A stretch of DNA of 63,468 nt, counting the filler, from Octopus bimaculoides (lineage: Eukaryota), in the NCBI RefSeq assembly GCF_001194135.2. It is 6 parts of 6 records of this genome, joined end to end, with 100 filler letters (N's around TTAATTAATTAA, not from the genome) between each part and the next. Parts side by side here need not be neighbours in the genome. Positions count along the whole stretch, not along the records: positions 36,078 to 51,374 come from NC_068999.1; 5 more parts are not named here. The stretch is one strand, 5' to 3'. Made by a program: the position numbers and the translations under genes. Numbering within the stretch: position 1 is the stretch's first letter; every line of letters starts with the position of its first letter. Positions 36,454 through 49,768 of this stretch are shown piece by piece. Under the pieces are notes generated by a model that did not search any database, was not told where the DNA came from, and worked only from the letters and a program-made list of their open reading frames with translations.

Positions 36454-37580
36454 GGCTGTGAAGACAACAAGCTGGAAAAATCTTTAGCACATTGGAGAAA
36501 ATACTTAGTGGTATTTCTTCCAACTCTCCATATCCTCCCATGGTCAACTTGGCCTTTTGTTCTGTCCAAGTTGATAAAATAAAGTACCAGTCAGGTGCTG
36601 GGGGATCAAGGTAATTGACTTAAACCCCTCCTACTGAAATTGATGGCCTTGCATCAAAATGTGGAACAATTATTATTGTTTAAAAAAGCAGCGAGCTATC
36701 AGAACCGTTAGCGTGCTGGACAAAATGCTTACTGGCATTTTGTCTGCCTTCTTGTTTTGAGTTCAAATTTCTCTAAGGCCATCTTTGCCTTTCATCCTTT
36801 CAAGGTTGATAAAATGAATACCAGTTGTACACTAGGGGGGAGGGCAATGTAATCAACTAAACCTCCCCCCACCTCCACTAAAATTCCAGGCCTTGTGCCT
36901 AGAGTGAAGAAAGTTATTTATTAAAAGGTGGAAAACTGGAAGAGTCATTAGAGTGTCAGAAAAATGGTTTCCGATATTTCTGATCCCTCATGTTCTGAGT
37001 TCGAATCCCACTGAGGTCAACCTTACCTTTCTTTCTTCTGAGGTCAATAAAATAAAATGCCTGTCAAGCTCTAAGTGTCGAGGTTATTATCTGACCCCAT
37101 TCCCCTAAAATTGCTGGCCTTGTGCCAAAATTGGAAGCTTATTAAGAGAGCTAGCTGCATAGAATGGAAGACTAGCAGAATCATTAGATTATCAGATAAA
37201 ATGTTTAGCAGCATTTGTTGCAGTTCTTTATGTTCTGAGTTCAAATCTTGCTGAGGGCTATTGTACCTTCCATCCCTCCAGGCTCAGTAAAAGTAAAGTA
37301 CCAGTCAAGTATACTGGGGTCCATACAATCGACTACCCCCCCCCCCACACACACACACCCATTCCTCGAAATTTCAAACAGATGCAATTAGTAATAAGGC
37401 TGTGGAATGCAAAATGAGAAGAATGCCAGACAAAATACCTTATTAGCAACATTCTAATTTCAAATCCTGCCAGGGTCGATTTTGCCTTTCATCTTTACAG
37501 GAGTGGCATAAAATGAAGTTCTGGTCACTTATTAGGGGTCATTGTTATCCCCACAAAATTGGAGACCTTTGTGCCAAACT
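36454..37580 (+). repeat. Head-to-tail array of five diverged family-D SINEs, ~235-bp period
   Basis: Starts near 36454, 36684, 36922, 37161, 37396; each has a ttcaaat..gcctt(t)catcc core. Confidence 0.75.
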
Positions 37581-37639
37581 TACAAATTCATCATCATCAT
37601 CATCATCATTATTATGGCCTAGTGGTTTAGGTGTTGTAC

Positions 37640-37920
37640 TCACGATCTTTGGTGGAAAGGGTCATAGACATTGCTCTTCCTTAAGTCAGGGAAGGCCTGA
37701 AAATGGCCATGAGCATTTACCCTTACCCTCACCAGTAAGGAAAGGTATCAGATGCAACCCTTTCTCTCACCAGTCAGAGAACACTTAAAAAGAGTCATGA
37801 GTATTTTCAGCTCTCTTACCTGTTAGAGAGGCCTTAAAAAGGTTCATAGGTATTTAATCTTTCCCTCACCAGTCAGAGAAAGCCCTGAAAGGGATTGTGG
37901 GCACTGTACTTTCTCCTGTG
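37640..37920. repeat. Degenerate ~50-bp tandem repeat
   Basis: Recurring ctcaccagtcagagaa..aaaag.gtcatg. Confidence 0.6.
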
Positions 37921-38739
37921 ACTGAGGTATTAAAAAAAGGAAAATGGGGCTGTGAAAACAATTTTCTGGAAAAAAAAGGATACCTTGTGGTTATTTGGTT
38001 ACATGCCTTTTTGTGTTCAAATCTGACTACTGTCATCTTTGTCTTTTAATGTTCTGGCAGGGTGATGAGGTGCAGTTGATAAAATTAAACCCTGATCAAG
38101 TACTGAAATTAATTAAGCAAATTATGCCTCGTCCACCCCTCCTACAATGATTTTTTTTGTTGTTGTTGTTGTTCTTTTTTTGTTTTTTCGTGACCATGAA
38201 CCAATGTTGGAAATCCCCTCCATCATCATTACCACAGTTGCTTTGCTGAAGACTAGGTTTTTGAATCTCTTTGTAACACTCTCTATATCTCACTCCCACT
38301 CGCACACTCTTCCTCTCCCTCCCTCTCTCTCTTTCACACACACACACTACAGATCTCCTTTACTTGTAGACTTGGGGTTTCCAGTACAAAAAAAAAAAAA
38401 CTTCTTTTTCCACCATAACATAAATATAAAGAAAAAACTGCAAGTGAGAGGAGTGAACAGCTCCAACCAAATGATTTTTGCTTCTCGTTCATACTACCAT
38501 GTAATAATTATTAGGGAGGAAGGGTGAGAAATTTATTTTTGGAGGAGTGTAGGGTGATTTTTTTTCTTTTTTGTCTTTGTTTTTACAGCTGGATGCCTTT
38601 CCCTTCTTGGTAACTGCTCAACCGTGAGATAGAAAATGAAACCTGATATTAGATATAATATTTATCAGTTTGAGAGAGAGAAAAAACGGATGCACTGTTA
38701 TGTTACAAGATTGTGTATATGTGTGTGAGTCTGTGCATG

Positions 38740-39030
38740 TAGATATATATACTACATATGTGGAAATTGTGGGTGTGTTTGTTTGTGGTGTTGTTATCTA
38801 ACTCCTACATCGTTTTATCGATTTTGGTGAAACTTGACACATGAGTAGAACTCATGTCTGGAAAATTATTGACATAGTTAGATTGTTGTAAAAAATCGAT
38901 AATAGGGCCCCTGGAAGGGATTCTTATATCTACTACATATAACTAATGTACTATTTTTATACATCCAAGGGAAATAGCCCATTTTCTCCCGAAAGGGATC
39001 CTTATATATAGCCAAGGGAAATAACCCATT
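38740..39030 (+). mobile_element. Possible Helentron-associated (DINE/HINE-like) non-autonomous element
   Basis: tgtttgtttgt followed by atcgattttggtgaaacttgacaca, similar to the ccgattttgatgaaa hallmark. Confidence 0.35.
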
Positions 39031-40559
39031 CATGTTTGTAAATTATTTTGTATATATCAAATTGAGTATACTTATTTCTTAGTATTTGAGCCATTTGAGT
39101 TACTTTCACAATTTATCCAGTACAACGCTTAAACAAGTAAATAGTAATTTCCTGAACAATAGATCCACTTATTTCGGTTAGTGATTTATTCATGAATATA
39201 CCTACACTAGCACCATTGAGGGTAATATTCTTTACGAACGCACAAAAGCTTTTTTCAGAGTTATTTACTTTGAATTGTTATTACCTCATATCTGATTAGC
39301 TTATTATTACATAACACGCTTCACGATTTTAGAATACATACCTTATTAGTATTTCTTTCTAAGTTCTACATAGTCTAGGAATGTATTAAAGCCCTTTTCG
39401 GAGCTACTTTATTTGAGTTCTTACTATGGGGTAACTAATTTCATGTTATTACATAACTGACTTCACAATTTGGATATTCATAACTTATTGGGAATTCCTA
39501 AAAACAAAATCCTGTTTGAGACAGTTTGGTATTCTCAATAAATGCACAAAAACCGTTTTAAGGGCGACACACTTTGTATTGTTGTTATTGGATTAGCGAA
39601 ACAATTATAAGAACGGAACGAAGGGATATGCCCTGCTTACCCAGGAAATACCGTGTACATCAGCTATATATATATATATGTATATATANNNNNNNNNNNN
39701 NNNNNNNNNNNNNNNNNNNNNNNNNNNNNNNNNNNNNNNNNNNNNNNNNNNNNNNNNNNNNNNNNNNNNNNNNNNNNNNNNNNNNNNNNNNNNNNNNNNN
39801 NNNNNNNNNNNNNNNNNNNNNNNNNNNNNNNNNNNNNNNNNNNNNNNNNNNNNNNNNNNNNNNNNNNNNNNNNNNNNNNNNNNNNNNNNNNNNNNNNNNN
39901 NNNNNNNNNNNNNNNNNNNNNNNNNNAACCACATGGTTCCAGGTTCAGTCCCACTGTGTGGCACCTTGGACAAATATCTTCTACTATAGTTGGACATTTT
40001 GACATGAGCTGACAAGCCAGAGTACTGTGCTAAGCTCTATTGGCCTGTTTTGGCATGGTTTCTATGGCTGGATGCCCTTCCTAATGCCAACCACTTTACA
40101 GAGTGTAGACTGGGGTTTTTTTACATGGCACCAACATCAGTAGGGTCACCAAGTGACTTTCAAAAAACCACCACCCCCAACTGGGAAAGGGAGTAGTATT
40201 GTGGGTGTTGATGAGGGGTTAAAAATTATAATAATTCCAGGGTAGATTTAAGTGTCTTGCTATAGAGGAGATATGTGGCTATCACATTTGGAAAAGAAAG
40301 ACAGACAGAGAGAGAGAGAGACTTAGAGAAATGGTGGTGGAGATGTGTCGGGTCCGCCCCCACCGCCACCAAACATGAATAGCATTCAGGTAAGGCCCTC
40401 ACAGTTACTCCATATGCTGGGCCTCGCTATCACCTAGTGCAGCTCCTAATGAACGTACATTCCTAGCATAGCTAGGACCACACCCCAACAACTGGTCCTT
40501 TCTCTTCAGGGCTGAGAAATATTTCAACCTCCTACAACTGCTGACACTCTACGTGGCCC

Positions 40560-40950
40560 ACAATGGAATCCTGATCCCACATCTGGGACGGTGCTGCTAC
40601 TACGCACACAAACATCTTGGACTGCATCCAGATGGAATTACAAACCAAAAAATAGGGCACTTCCCAATGATATTATTCATATCCAAGAATGGGCCTTCAC
40701 TGGAACCATTCAGTCTCGGCAAACCATGTCTTTGACCACTTCTATTACCTTGTTTATTACTACCAAACATTGGTCTATTCTCTGCCATCATCTTGTACAT
40801 GGTGTCTGGATATTGTGGAGGCGAAGTGTCTGTAGTTATTTCCATAGTCTTCTCAGATCTTGTGCCAGTCTAACATTAATGTTGATCTTCTTTGAGTTGT
40901 TGCAGATGTTGCCACGTTCATTTACTCACCTCTTCTTTGAACAAGCAGGG
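40560..40950 (-). mobile_element. Decayed R4/Dong-like 3' end
   Basis: VRLAQDLRRLWK and ILG..IIGK resemble the REL C-terminus. Confidence 0.4.
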
Positions 40951-41461
40951 TGAGAGTTCTAATCCTCCATCCATCCATCCATCCATCTATCCATCCATCC
41001 ATCCATCCGTCAATCTGGAAGGGAAAGATGTAAGTGACACTGAAGCTGATTGCCTTCTTCCTTGACAGTCTTATATTCTCATCTTGACAAAATAGAACCC
41101 ACCACCACCACCACCACCATTCCTTTCCTCAGCAGACTTCTACCATAGCAACTTGCACAAACCCTTTCACTTAACACTCAGAATCCTGGAACATTTTCCC
41201 AATATAATAAATACCATATAATAATAATAACAATAATAATAATAATAACAATAATGGTTTCAAATTTTGTCACAAGGGCAGCCATTTTGGGGGAGAGGAT
41301 TAGTTGATTACATCGACCCCAGTGTTTTACTGGTACTTAATTTATCGACCCCGAAAGGATGAAAGGTAAAGTCGACCTCAGCAGAATTTGAACTCAGACA
41401 GACGAAATGCCGCTAAGCATTTCGCCTGGTGTGCTAATGATTCTGCCAGCCTGTCGCTTTC

Positions 41462-41505
<44 letters not shown>

Positions 41506-41925
41506 TAATGGAAGACACATGGTAAGAAATGGAAATGAAATTGAAAGAAGAAAATCTCATAGGAATAATGATGATGATGATGGTGATGATTCTTATTTCT
41601 GAGTATGAGCACAAAATCAGAAATTTGATGGGGGGGGGGATCAGGTGATTATGTAATCTCTAATACTTGATTGATATTTAATTTCATTGATGCTGCTAGG
41701 AAGGATGAAAAACAAAAATCTACCTCAACAAGATTTTAAAAACTCAGAACATATGGAACACCACAAGGTGTTCTATATAACACTAACAATTCTATCCTTT
41801 TAATATCAATATCAAATATTATACTATATAATAAGTATTAGTCGTTTATAGTCAAAGATATCCTTCCATGAGTGAACAGATTAGGTTTGCTTGGTTTAGC
41901 AACATTTCTTTGGCACTTGTTATCT

Positions 41926-42161
41926 TTAACTCTTTTGATACTAATTTGTCTGAGACTGATCCTGGTTTGCTAATACAAACTTTTCTGTTTTAGATAATAA
42001 ATCATGCATTTTCTTGTAGCTTTGAGATTTCGATGATGTGATTGTATATTTTTAGAATGACATTGTAGGGTAGGTGTGAGAGGCTGTATCTGACCGTAGT
42101 GAACAAAAATCAAGCAGAATATTTTGGTCAGATCTGTCCAGTTTAAATGCTAAAGGATTAA
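41926..42161. mobile_element. TTAA-flanked MITE (piggyBac-like termini)
   Basis: ttaactctttt ... taaaggattaa, degenerate TIRs. Confidence 0.45.
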
Positions 42162-42559
42162 ACAGCTTAGCTAAAATAACTCATGAGTGACTCCCTCAAC
42201 TCAATAAGCTCAACTCAACTCACCCATCTTGAATAATGACTCAATAACACAATCAAGACTTTTTTTTTCATTTTCTTTTATATTTTTGTACTTCTAAATA
42301 TTTTTTGAATCTAGGTATTATATATATATTTGCTATCCTGGTATTTTTTACCTCTGACAGATAACAGTCTTGAATCTAACTTTCACCTGTCTAAAAGGAC
42401 CTTCACATTGGCATTTTCCTTCTTTTTTTCTTAATTTTTTTTTACCTCTAAATATATATCTGGTAGGTTGTGCTGATCATGAATGTTGGGTAATGATCAA
42501 AAGACAATCGTGAATACAAGGGGCTGAGATGGGGTTTCTCTGAAGGATCTCTAGAATAG

Positions 42560-42900
42560 TGTTATTCAACAGGGTGCATAGATCAGAGATCCGGGAATTT
42601 CTTCAGGTGGAGCTGCTATGTCTCCGCATTGAGGGGTCAGTACTAGGAGTTCCATTACTAAGAACATGCATTAGAATGTCATAGGAAAGAATGAAAAGAC
42701 AGATTCTTCAAGCCAAGCCAGCCGGCAGATCTAGGAATAGATCAAGAATGAGATGGTTGGATAACATCCAAAATCTCACTTGGTCATGCTTGGAAACCCA
42801 ACCAAAAAAATGTAAAAATTGCTGCTTCTGGTAGGACCCTATGGAGGAAGTTCCTGAGGTCTTTACCTCCAAGATCCTCTCGAGAATAGTAGCAGAGAAA
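42560..42900 (+). mobile_element. RTE (Rex3/Expander-like) 3' relic
   Basis: ELLCLRIEG, ILQAKPAGRSRNRSRMRWLDNIQNLTW. Confidence 0.6.
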
Positions 42901-43362
42901 ATAGATGGATAAATGGTATTATACATATTTGACATTCTGGTACTTTCAACATGTGACAGATGACTATCTTTATTCCAATTTTCACCAATTTTAAAAGACC
43001 TTTTCATTGGCACTACACCATACACAGCCCACACTTTTTCACAAATAACCATTAACAGAAGGGAAAGGATTGGTTATGAAAGGTAATTGATGGGGACAGT
43101 CGTGTAATAGAGAATAGGTTCCTTTGTAGCTCCCTAAACAAAATTACATGTTGTAGATATTCTATAACTGACTTAACCAAGGTGGAATATGGCAGGCAGT
43201 TCTGCTCAGAAAATATTCAATTAGCAGCAGAGTTCCCACTTGGTCTTAACTGCAAATGGCTAAAACTTATTAAAAGAATCTAAAGTCACATATGGGCAGC
43301 AAAAAGAATTAAATCATATACTTAGAAACTGTGCCCCCTAAAACATAACCTTAATGTACGTG

Positions 43363-43403
<41 letters not shown>

Positions 43404-44239
43404 GATATTTACTAGTGGAACTTGAAGCAGACACAGCTATAAATAATAGACTATTAGGTTTAAAAAACCCTTGGATNNNNNNNNNNNNNNNNNNNNNNNN
43501 NNNNNNNNNNNNNNNNNNNNNNNNNNNNNNNNNNNNNNNNNNNNNNNNNNNNNNNNNNNNNNNNNNNNNNNNNNNNNNNNNNNNNNNNNNNNNNNNNNNN
43601 NNNNNNNNNNNNNNNNNNNNNNNNNNNNNNNNNNNNNNNNNNNNNNNNNNNNNNNNNNNNNNNNNNNNNNNNNNNNNNNNNNNNNNNNNNNNNNNNNNNN
43701 NNNNNNNNNNNNNNNNNNNNNNNNNNNNNNNNNNNNNNNNNNNNNNNNNNNNNNNNNNNNNNNNNNNNNNNNNNNNNNNNNNNNNNNNNNNNNNNNNNNN
43801 NNNNNNNNNNNNNNNNNNNNNNNNNNNNNNNNNNNNNNNNNNNNNNNNNNNNNNNNNNNNNNNNNNNNNNNNNNNNNNNNNNNNNNNNNNNNNNNNNNNN
43901 NNNNNNNNNNNNNNNNNNNNNNNNNNNNNNNNNNNNNNNNNNNNNNNNNNNNNNNNNNNNNNNNNNNNNNNNNNNNNNNNNNNNNNNNNNNNNNNNNNNN
44001 NNNNNNNNNNNNNNNNNNNNNNNNNNNNNNNNNNNNNNNNNNNNNNNNNNNNNNNNNNNNNNNNNNNNNNNNNNNNNNNNNNNNNNNNNNNNNNNNNNNN
44101 NNNNNNNNNNNNNNNNNNNNNNNNNNNNNNNNNNNNNNNNNNNNNNNNNNNNNNNNNNNNCTAATAGAAAAAAAAATATCAAAAAACAAAAGAATCTTTA
44201 TTGGAATTTGTTGATTTTCCTTTATGTTTCTTCTTCTTG

Positions 44240-44278
<39 letters not shown>

Positions 44279-44424
44279 TGCTAACATGTTTTATATTTTA
44301 AGAATGTTTTAAATCTAAAAATGTATTCCAAAGAAATAATACTTTTTCCAGTTTTGTTTTGTTTTTTCTCTCTTGTACCATTCTTACTACATTGTTGTTC
44401 TTGTACTTGTTGTGTAACTGCATG

Positions 44425-44945
44425 CCAGCACCGCTTGAGTGAACTTTCAGCTTTGCATCAACACCATTTCAGCTCACCATGTAACTTTACATTTAGGCTA
44501 TGCTTCATTGAAATCATGGCTGTCCCAGGAGCACTGTTTCAGTGAATCTTTAGCTCTACATTCTGGCTATGCTTGAGTGAACTTTCAGCTCTGCATATCA
44601 GCTGTGTTTGAGTGAATATATAGCTCTATATATCAGCTATGCTTGAATGAATTTTGAGCTCAGCATGTTGCTATTCTTGGGTGACCTTACAGTTCAGCAT
44701 GTCAGCTATGCTTGGTTGAACTTATAGGTCTGCATGTCAGCTATGCTTGAGTAAGCTTACAGATTTGCATATCATTCATGCTTGAGTGAACTTATAACTC
44801 TGCATGTTTCTATTCTTGGGTGAACATACTGGTCTGCATACCAGCTATGCTTGAGCAAGCTTATAGCTCTGCATATCATTTATGCTCGAGTGAACTTATA
44901 GCTCTGCATCTCAGTTATGCTTCAGTGAACTTACAGCTCAGAATT
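44425..44945. repeat. 35-bp minisatellite, ~12 clear units
   Basis: Consensus gctatgcttgagtgaacttatagctctgcatatca; two 34-bp variants. Confidence 0.95.
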
Positions 44946-45149
44946 AACAGTTCACATTTTAAAATCATAATCACATCTTTTCTCGTATGTTTCTATTTTA
45001 AATTTAGTGGTGCTGTTTTACCCTAAAATTTTAGGCTTGAATTTTGATCAAAACTTGTATTTGGATCCAGGCTTTTCGCCCATGCATTAAATATTGTTGA
45101 GATTTTTGCTGAATTAATACGGCTGTCACATTGAACCATTCAAATGATT

Positions 45150-45700
45150 ACTTGAAAGTCCTTTCACTGGCTTACGTACCCCATCCATTCTAAAACCACT
45201 AGGGTAGTCCGTTGAGGTAGGTGCAGAGATCTGGCTGTTAATTTGAGCAAATCAAAGACCGATCACTAGGTCATGTAATCCTTTTGAGGATAAAAGGGAG
45301 TTAGTTGAAGGGAGACTTAATTGCAATTCGGAGCAGGTCAAGGAACTATATAAAAGTTCCCACACTGGCTCATGTGGCACCCTGATTTCATGTGGCACCC
45401 TTATTTCAGAGACATTAGGGGAATTTTAAAGGGATATTTGGCTGTTTGATAGAGCAGATCAAGTGAATACATAAATATCTCCCTAACTGGCTCATGTGAG
45501 CCCTGTTTTAAAGACAGGTATTTGATAGAGTAGATTGAATGAATATGTAAATATCTCCTTAACTGGCTCATGTGATCCCAATACAAATACATAGAAAGAG
45601 AGAGTTTGTTGAGCAGGGGCCCAATTGCAGATTTAGAGTAGGTGAAGGGACTTCATTGACTCATGTAGCTCCTTATTTTAAAGGGTTTAGAGGAGATTGC
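45150..45700. repeat. Old degenerate repeat with actggctcatgtg core
   Basis: Core recurs about six times at irregular ~80-120-bp spacing. Confidence 0.6.
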
Positions 45701-45911
45701 TGAAGGAAATATAGTTTCAACAAGTCTGACTGCTTAGAAGAACCTCCTTAAACTCTTATATATATGAATTTAAATTAATATATATAAAACATATAAAATA
45801 CATATGTATAAATTTTTAAAATGAATATATATTTATGTAAATGAATCAGGTAAAAAGAATATAAATACTATATATATATATTGAATATATAGAAATTTAA
45901 GTATATATATA

Positions 45912-46186
45912 TCATCATCATCATCATCATCGTTTAACGTCCGCTTTCCATGCTAGCATGGGTTGGACGATTTGACTGAGGACTGGTGAAACCGGATGGC
46001 AACACCAGGCTCCAGTCTGATTTGGCAGAGTTTCTACAGCTGGATGCCCTTCCTAACGCCAACCACTCAGAGAGTGTAGTGGGTGCTTTTACGTGTCACC
46101 CGCACGAAAACGGCCACGCTCAAAATGGTGTCTTTTATGTGCCACCCGCACAAGCCAGTCCAGGGGCACTGGCAACGATCTCGCTC
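45912..46186 (-). mobile_element. RTE-tailed non-autonomous repeat
   Basis: Minus 3' end gcatggaaagcggacgttaaacgatgatgat; ctggatgcccttcctaa motif also at 40040-40160. Confidence 0.7.
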
Positions 46187-46399
46187 NNNNNNNNNNNNNN
46201 NNNNNNNNNNNNNNNNNNNNNNNNNNNNNNNNNNNNNNNNNNNNNNNNNNNNNNNNNNNNNNNNNNNNNNNNNNNNNNNNNNNNNNNNNNNNNNNNNNNN
46301 NNNNNNNNNNNNNNNNNNNNNNNNNNNNNNNNNNNNNNNNNNNNNNNNNNNNNNNNNNNNNNNNNNNNNNNNNNNNNNNNNNNNNNNNNNNNNNNNNNN

Positions 46400-46442
<43 letters not shown>

Positions 46443-47025
46443 TTTAAATGAATATATATTTAAATATAGATATATTTAAATAAATATATAATATATATAT
46501 TTAAATATATAGTATAGATATCATATGTGTGTGTGTACATATATATATATATATATGTTTCTGTATGTATACAATTAATTTTGCAAACTGAGCAAAAAAA
46601 AGTACTCAATGTATATATAGTAGAGTTTATTCATTTATTTGACGCTGAAGTTTGCCTCTGTTGCATCTCTGAATTTTACAGTCTCTTGTTTTTCATGGAA
46701 AGCAAAACAGAAACAGTGAACCGCAGAGTTGTCATGGAAACAAACCACAGGTTCAAATATTTCTATAAAAAAAAAGTACATAAATATATAAAAAATATAA
46801 TATATATATATACATATATATATTCCCATCCACCAATCTTATGCAATATCTTGCCAAAGTCCTGAATCATTGCTGGAACTATTCATAGACTTCATCAGAT
46901 ATATTTTTGTCTTCTTTTATTCCTAATGTTGTCAAATCTATTATTATATAACTAAAATTACTGCTGCTACTATTATTACTACTAATGATAACAATGATAA
47001 TAATAACAACAACAATAATAATAAC

Positions 47026-47086
<61 letters not shown>

Positions 47087-48164
47087 GTAATAATAATAAT
47101 AACAATGTCAAGTGAGAAACTTTATTTTGCCATCAGGCCAATAATAGGAAAAAACTTACAGCTTTCCAATGCAGAACAGCCATCATTTGTTGCGTGTACA
47201 GAGTCTAAAAGAATTTGGGTCTCAGAATTTGTTAACCCCAATTTAAAACGCAANNNNNNNNNNNNNNNNNNNNNNNNNNNNNNNNNNNNNNNNNNNNNNN
47301 NNNNNNNNNNNNNNNNNNNNNNNNNNNNNNNNNNNNNNNNNNNNNNNNNNNNNNNNNNNNNNNNNNNNNNNNNNNNNNNNNNNNNNNNNNNNNNNNNNNN
47401 NNNNNNNNNNNNNNNNNNNNNNNNNNNNNNNNNNNNNNNNNNNNNNNNNNNNNNNNNNNNNNNNNNNNNNNNNNNNNNNNNNNNNNNNNNNNNNNNNNNN
47501 NNNNNNNNNNNNNNNNNNNNNNNNNNNNNNNNNNNNNNNNNNNNNNNNNNNNNNNNNNNNNNNNNNNNNNNNNNNNNNNNNNNNNNNNNNNNNNNNNNNN
47601 NNNNNNGACTCCTTTATTTTTTTTAATACTTTTTTTCCTTTTTTTTTTTTGAGATATTAAAGAATTTCTTGTAGAATATTTTTGAGCAGATCAAGGAGAA
47701 TTAAATAAAATCTACTTTACTTGCTTATGTGGTTCTCATTTTAAAAACAGAAGGGTAATTTATTGCGGAGAAAGAGAACAATAAGCAGAGAGAGAGAGAA
47801 AAAAAAAAAGGGAGCCAGGTGGCTGCTAACCTGAACAAGTTAAATAGTTCTACTAAATCTTCATGGGTTTGGTTCTTTTTAAAGACATTTGGAAACTTGC
47901 TGAAGAAAATTTTGATAAATATATTTTTGAATATACCATATTTTGCAGGGCACAAATCAACTTAGTATGTAGTGTACACTTTCAAACATTTTCGCTATCT
48001 TTCCAAATCTTGCTGTATTTCATTCACATGGAATTTTTGGTCTTCTAAAGTTGCTTTGGAATATAAGTCGACCTACTTGTTTTGGCTGTAAATTGTGATT
48101 TGAAGAATTCAACTTATGCTGGAAAATATGGTATCCAAGTGACATGATTCTTTTACTGTGTCAG

Positions 48165-48314
48165 GCAGTTGCTGTTCTCAGATTAGTTGGGAGTTCTGTT
48201 CACAAATATATCACAGCTACATTGAGGAGGACAAACTGTTGATAGAAAATCTCTCTCTTACACAGTTCTACTTGAAAAACAAAAGAACGGTGATGCTTAA
48301 AAGACTTACAAAAG
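48165..48314 (+). CDS. Candidate host exon, 150 nt, phase 1-1
   Basis: Acceptor ttcttttactgtgtcag; open SCCSQISWEFCSQIYHSYIEEDKLLIENLSLTQFYLKNKRTVMLKRLTK; donor AAG/GTTTGT. Confidence 0.3.
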
Positions 48315-48781
48315 GTTTGTCTTCATAAAAGCTGCCTCATTGTTCTATGGAGATCCTTTATAAAACAAAAACGGTAGAGGGTTGAGGGAGTCATGGCTAC
48401 TAAATTGAACAGGCTATACATCTACATGAAATCTCCTTCATTAATTTATGCAGACATCCAATTAAAAGAAAGTAAAGGAGTTGGTTAATTGAACTGAAGG
48501 TCTGCAAAATTTAGTAGCTTAAATTAAACAAAATGAACAACTGTTTTTAGAAGTTATCTCACTGGTTTGCGATGAACGCAATGATGATGGTGATGTTGTT
48601 GTTGTCATTTATATTGATGTTTGACAAATTTTTACCAAACTTTTGATTCCAACTATTATCTGCAGTGTTTCTTAGAGTTCTGTTAATCCTTAAAAAAAAA
48701 TTGGTAAATTTTTCAGCCTGGCATCACCTCAGACCAGCTTCCTTTGCAATTCACCATCATTCTTTTTGAAACACCAGGCTG

Positions 48782-48820
<39 letters not shown>

Positions 48821-49080
48821 TTACAAATGGTTCGCAATACACATTGTTGAAATCTCTATATAAATCAAAACTGTTGTTTTTTTTTTTCCTTTTTATTTTT
48901 TGGAGCACTTTCTTTCTTTCTTTCTATCTTTCTTTCTTTCTTCTTTCTTTTGTTCTTGTTGTTATTTTTTTCCTTCCAATAAAGTTTACCAAATTTTAAA
49001 AAATGTAAAAATTATAGAAAAAGAAAAGTAACAAATAATGATTTGATTTTTTTGTTGTTGTTTATTCCTGTTGTTTATAC

Positions 49081-49120
<40 letters not shown>

Positions 49121-49217
49121 NNNNNNNNNNNNNNNNNNNNNNNNNNGGCGGTGGCGGTGGTGGTGGTGATGATGAAAATGATGATGATGATGATGATAAA
49201 GCTGTGCATGCGTGCGT

Positions 49218-49255
<38 letters not shown>

Positions 49256-49316
49256 TAAGCGACTTGTGAGATTGTTGCTAGCGAGTCTGAAATTACTCAC
49301 ATATAAGTATACATAC

Positions 49317-49588
49317 GATGTCAGTGGAACTATGCTAATTAAAGAAACATCGTAATTAGTTGCAGTTACTTCCGTGTTTCTCTCATGATTCGTTGATGAC
49401 AACGACGACGATGATGATGATGATGACACCGCCGCTGCCGCCGATGATGACAATAATGTTGGCGGTGGCGACATTACTGTTGGCGGGTGGTGGTGGTGAC
49501 TGTGTGACGGTGTTAACGATGTCGATGATGATGATGATTCCTTTTGTTTGCCACCAGGGGGCGACAGATGAGGGAGGCGATACAAAGA
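49317..49588 (-). CDS. Candidate low-complexity Ser/His/Pro/Ala exon
   Basis: 90 open codons with SHSHHHHPP, AAAA and poly-S; GTATGT donor at 49316; other frames are also open. Confidence 0.3.
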
Positions 49589-49729
49589 CTGACATATAAA
49601 GTGTTAGGATTTATATAGAATGGTGAAGAGGGAAGAAAAAAATGAAAGAAACAAAAAAGAAATGAGTGTATACTTGGTACACAATATGAAGACTACTTGG
49701 AAATAATAGAATTCATTGAAATTTGTATC

Positions 49730-49734
49730 GTTTT

Positions 49735-49768
<34 letters not shown>

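Noticed and set aside
44425-45700. CRISPR-like arrays
   Set aside because: Contiguous or irregular degenerate units, no unique constant-length spacers, no cas genes, eukaryotic context
48310-48355. Minus-strand exon candidate with good splice sites
   Set aside because: Stops in all three frames
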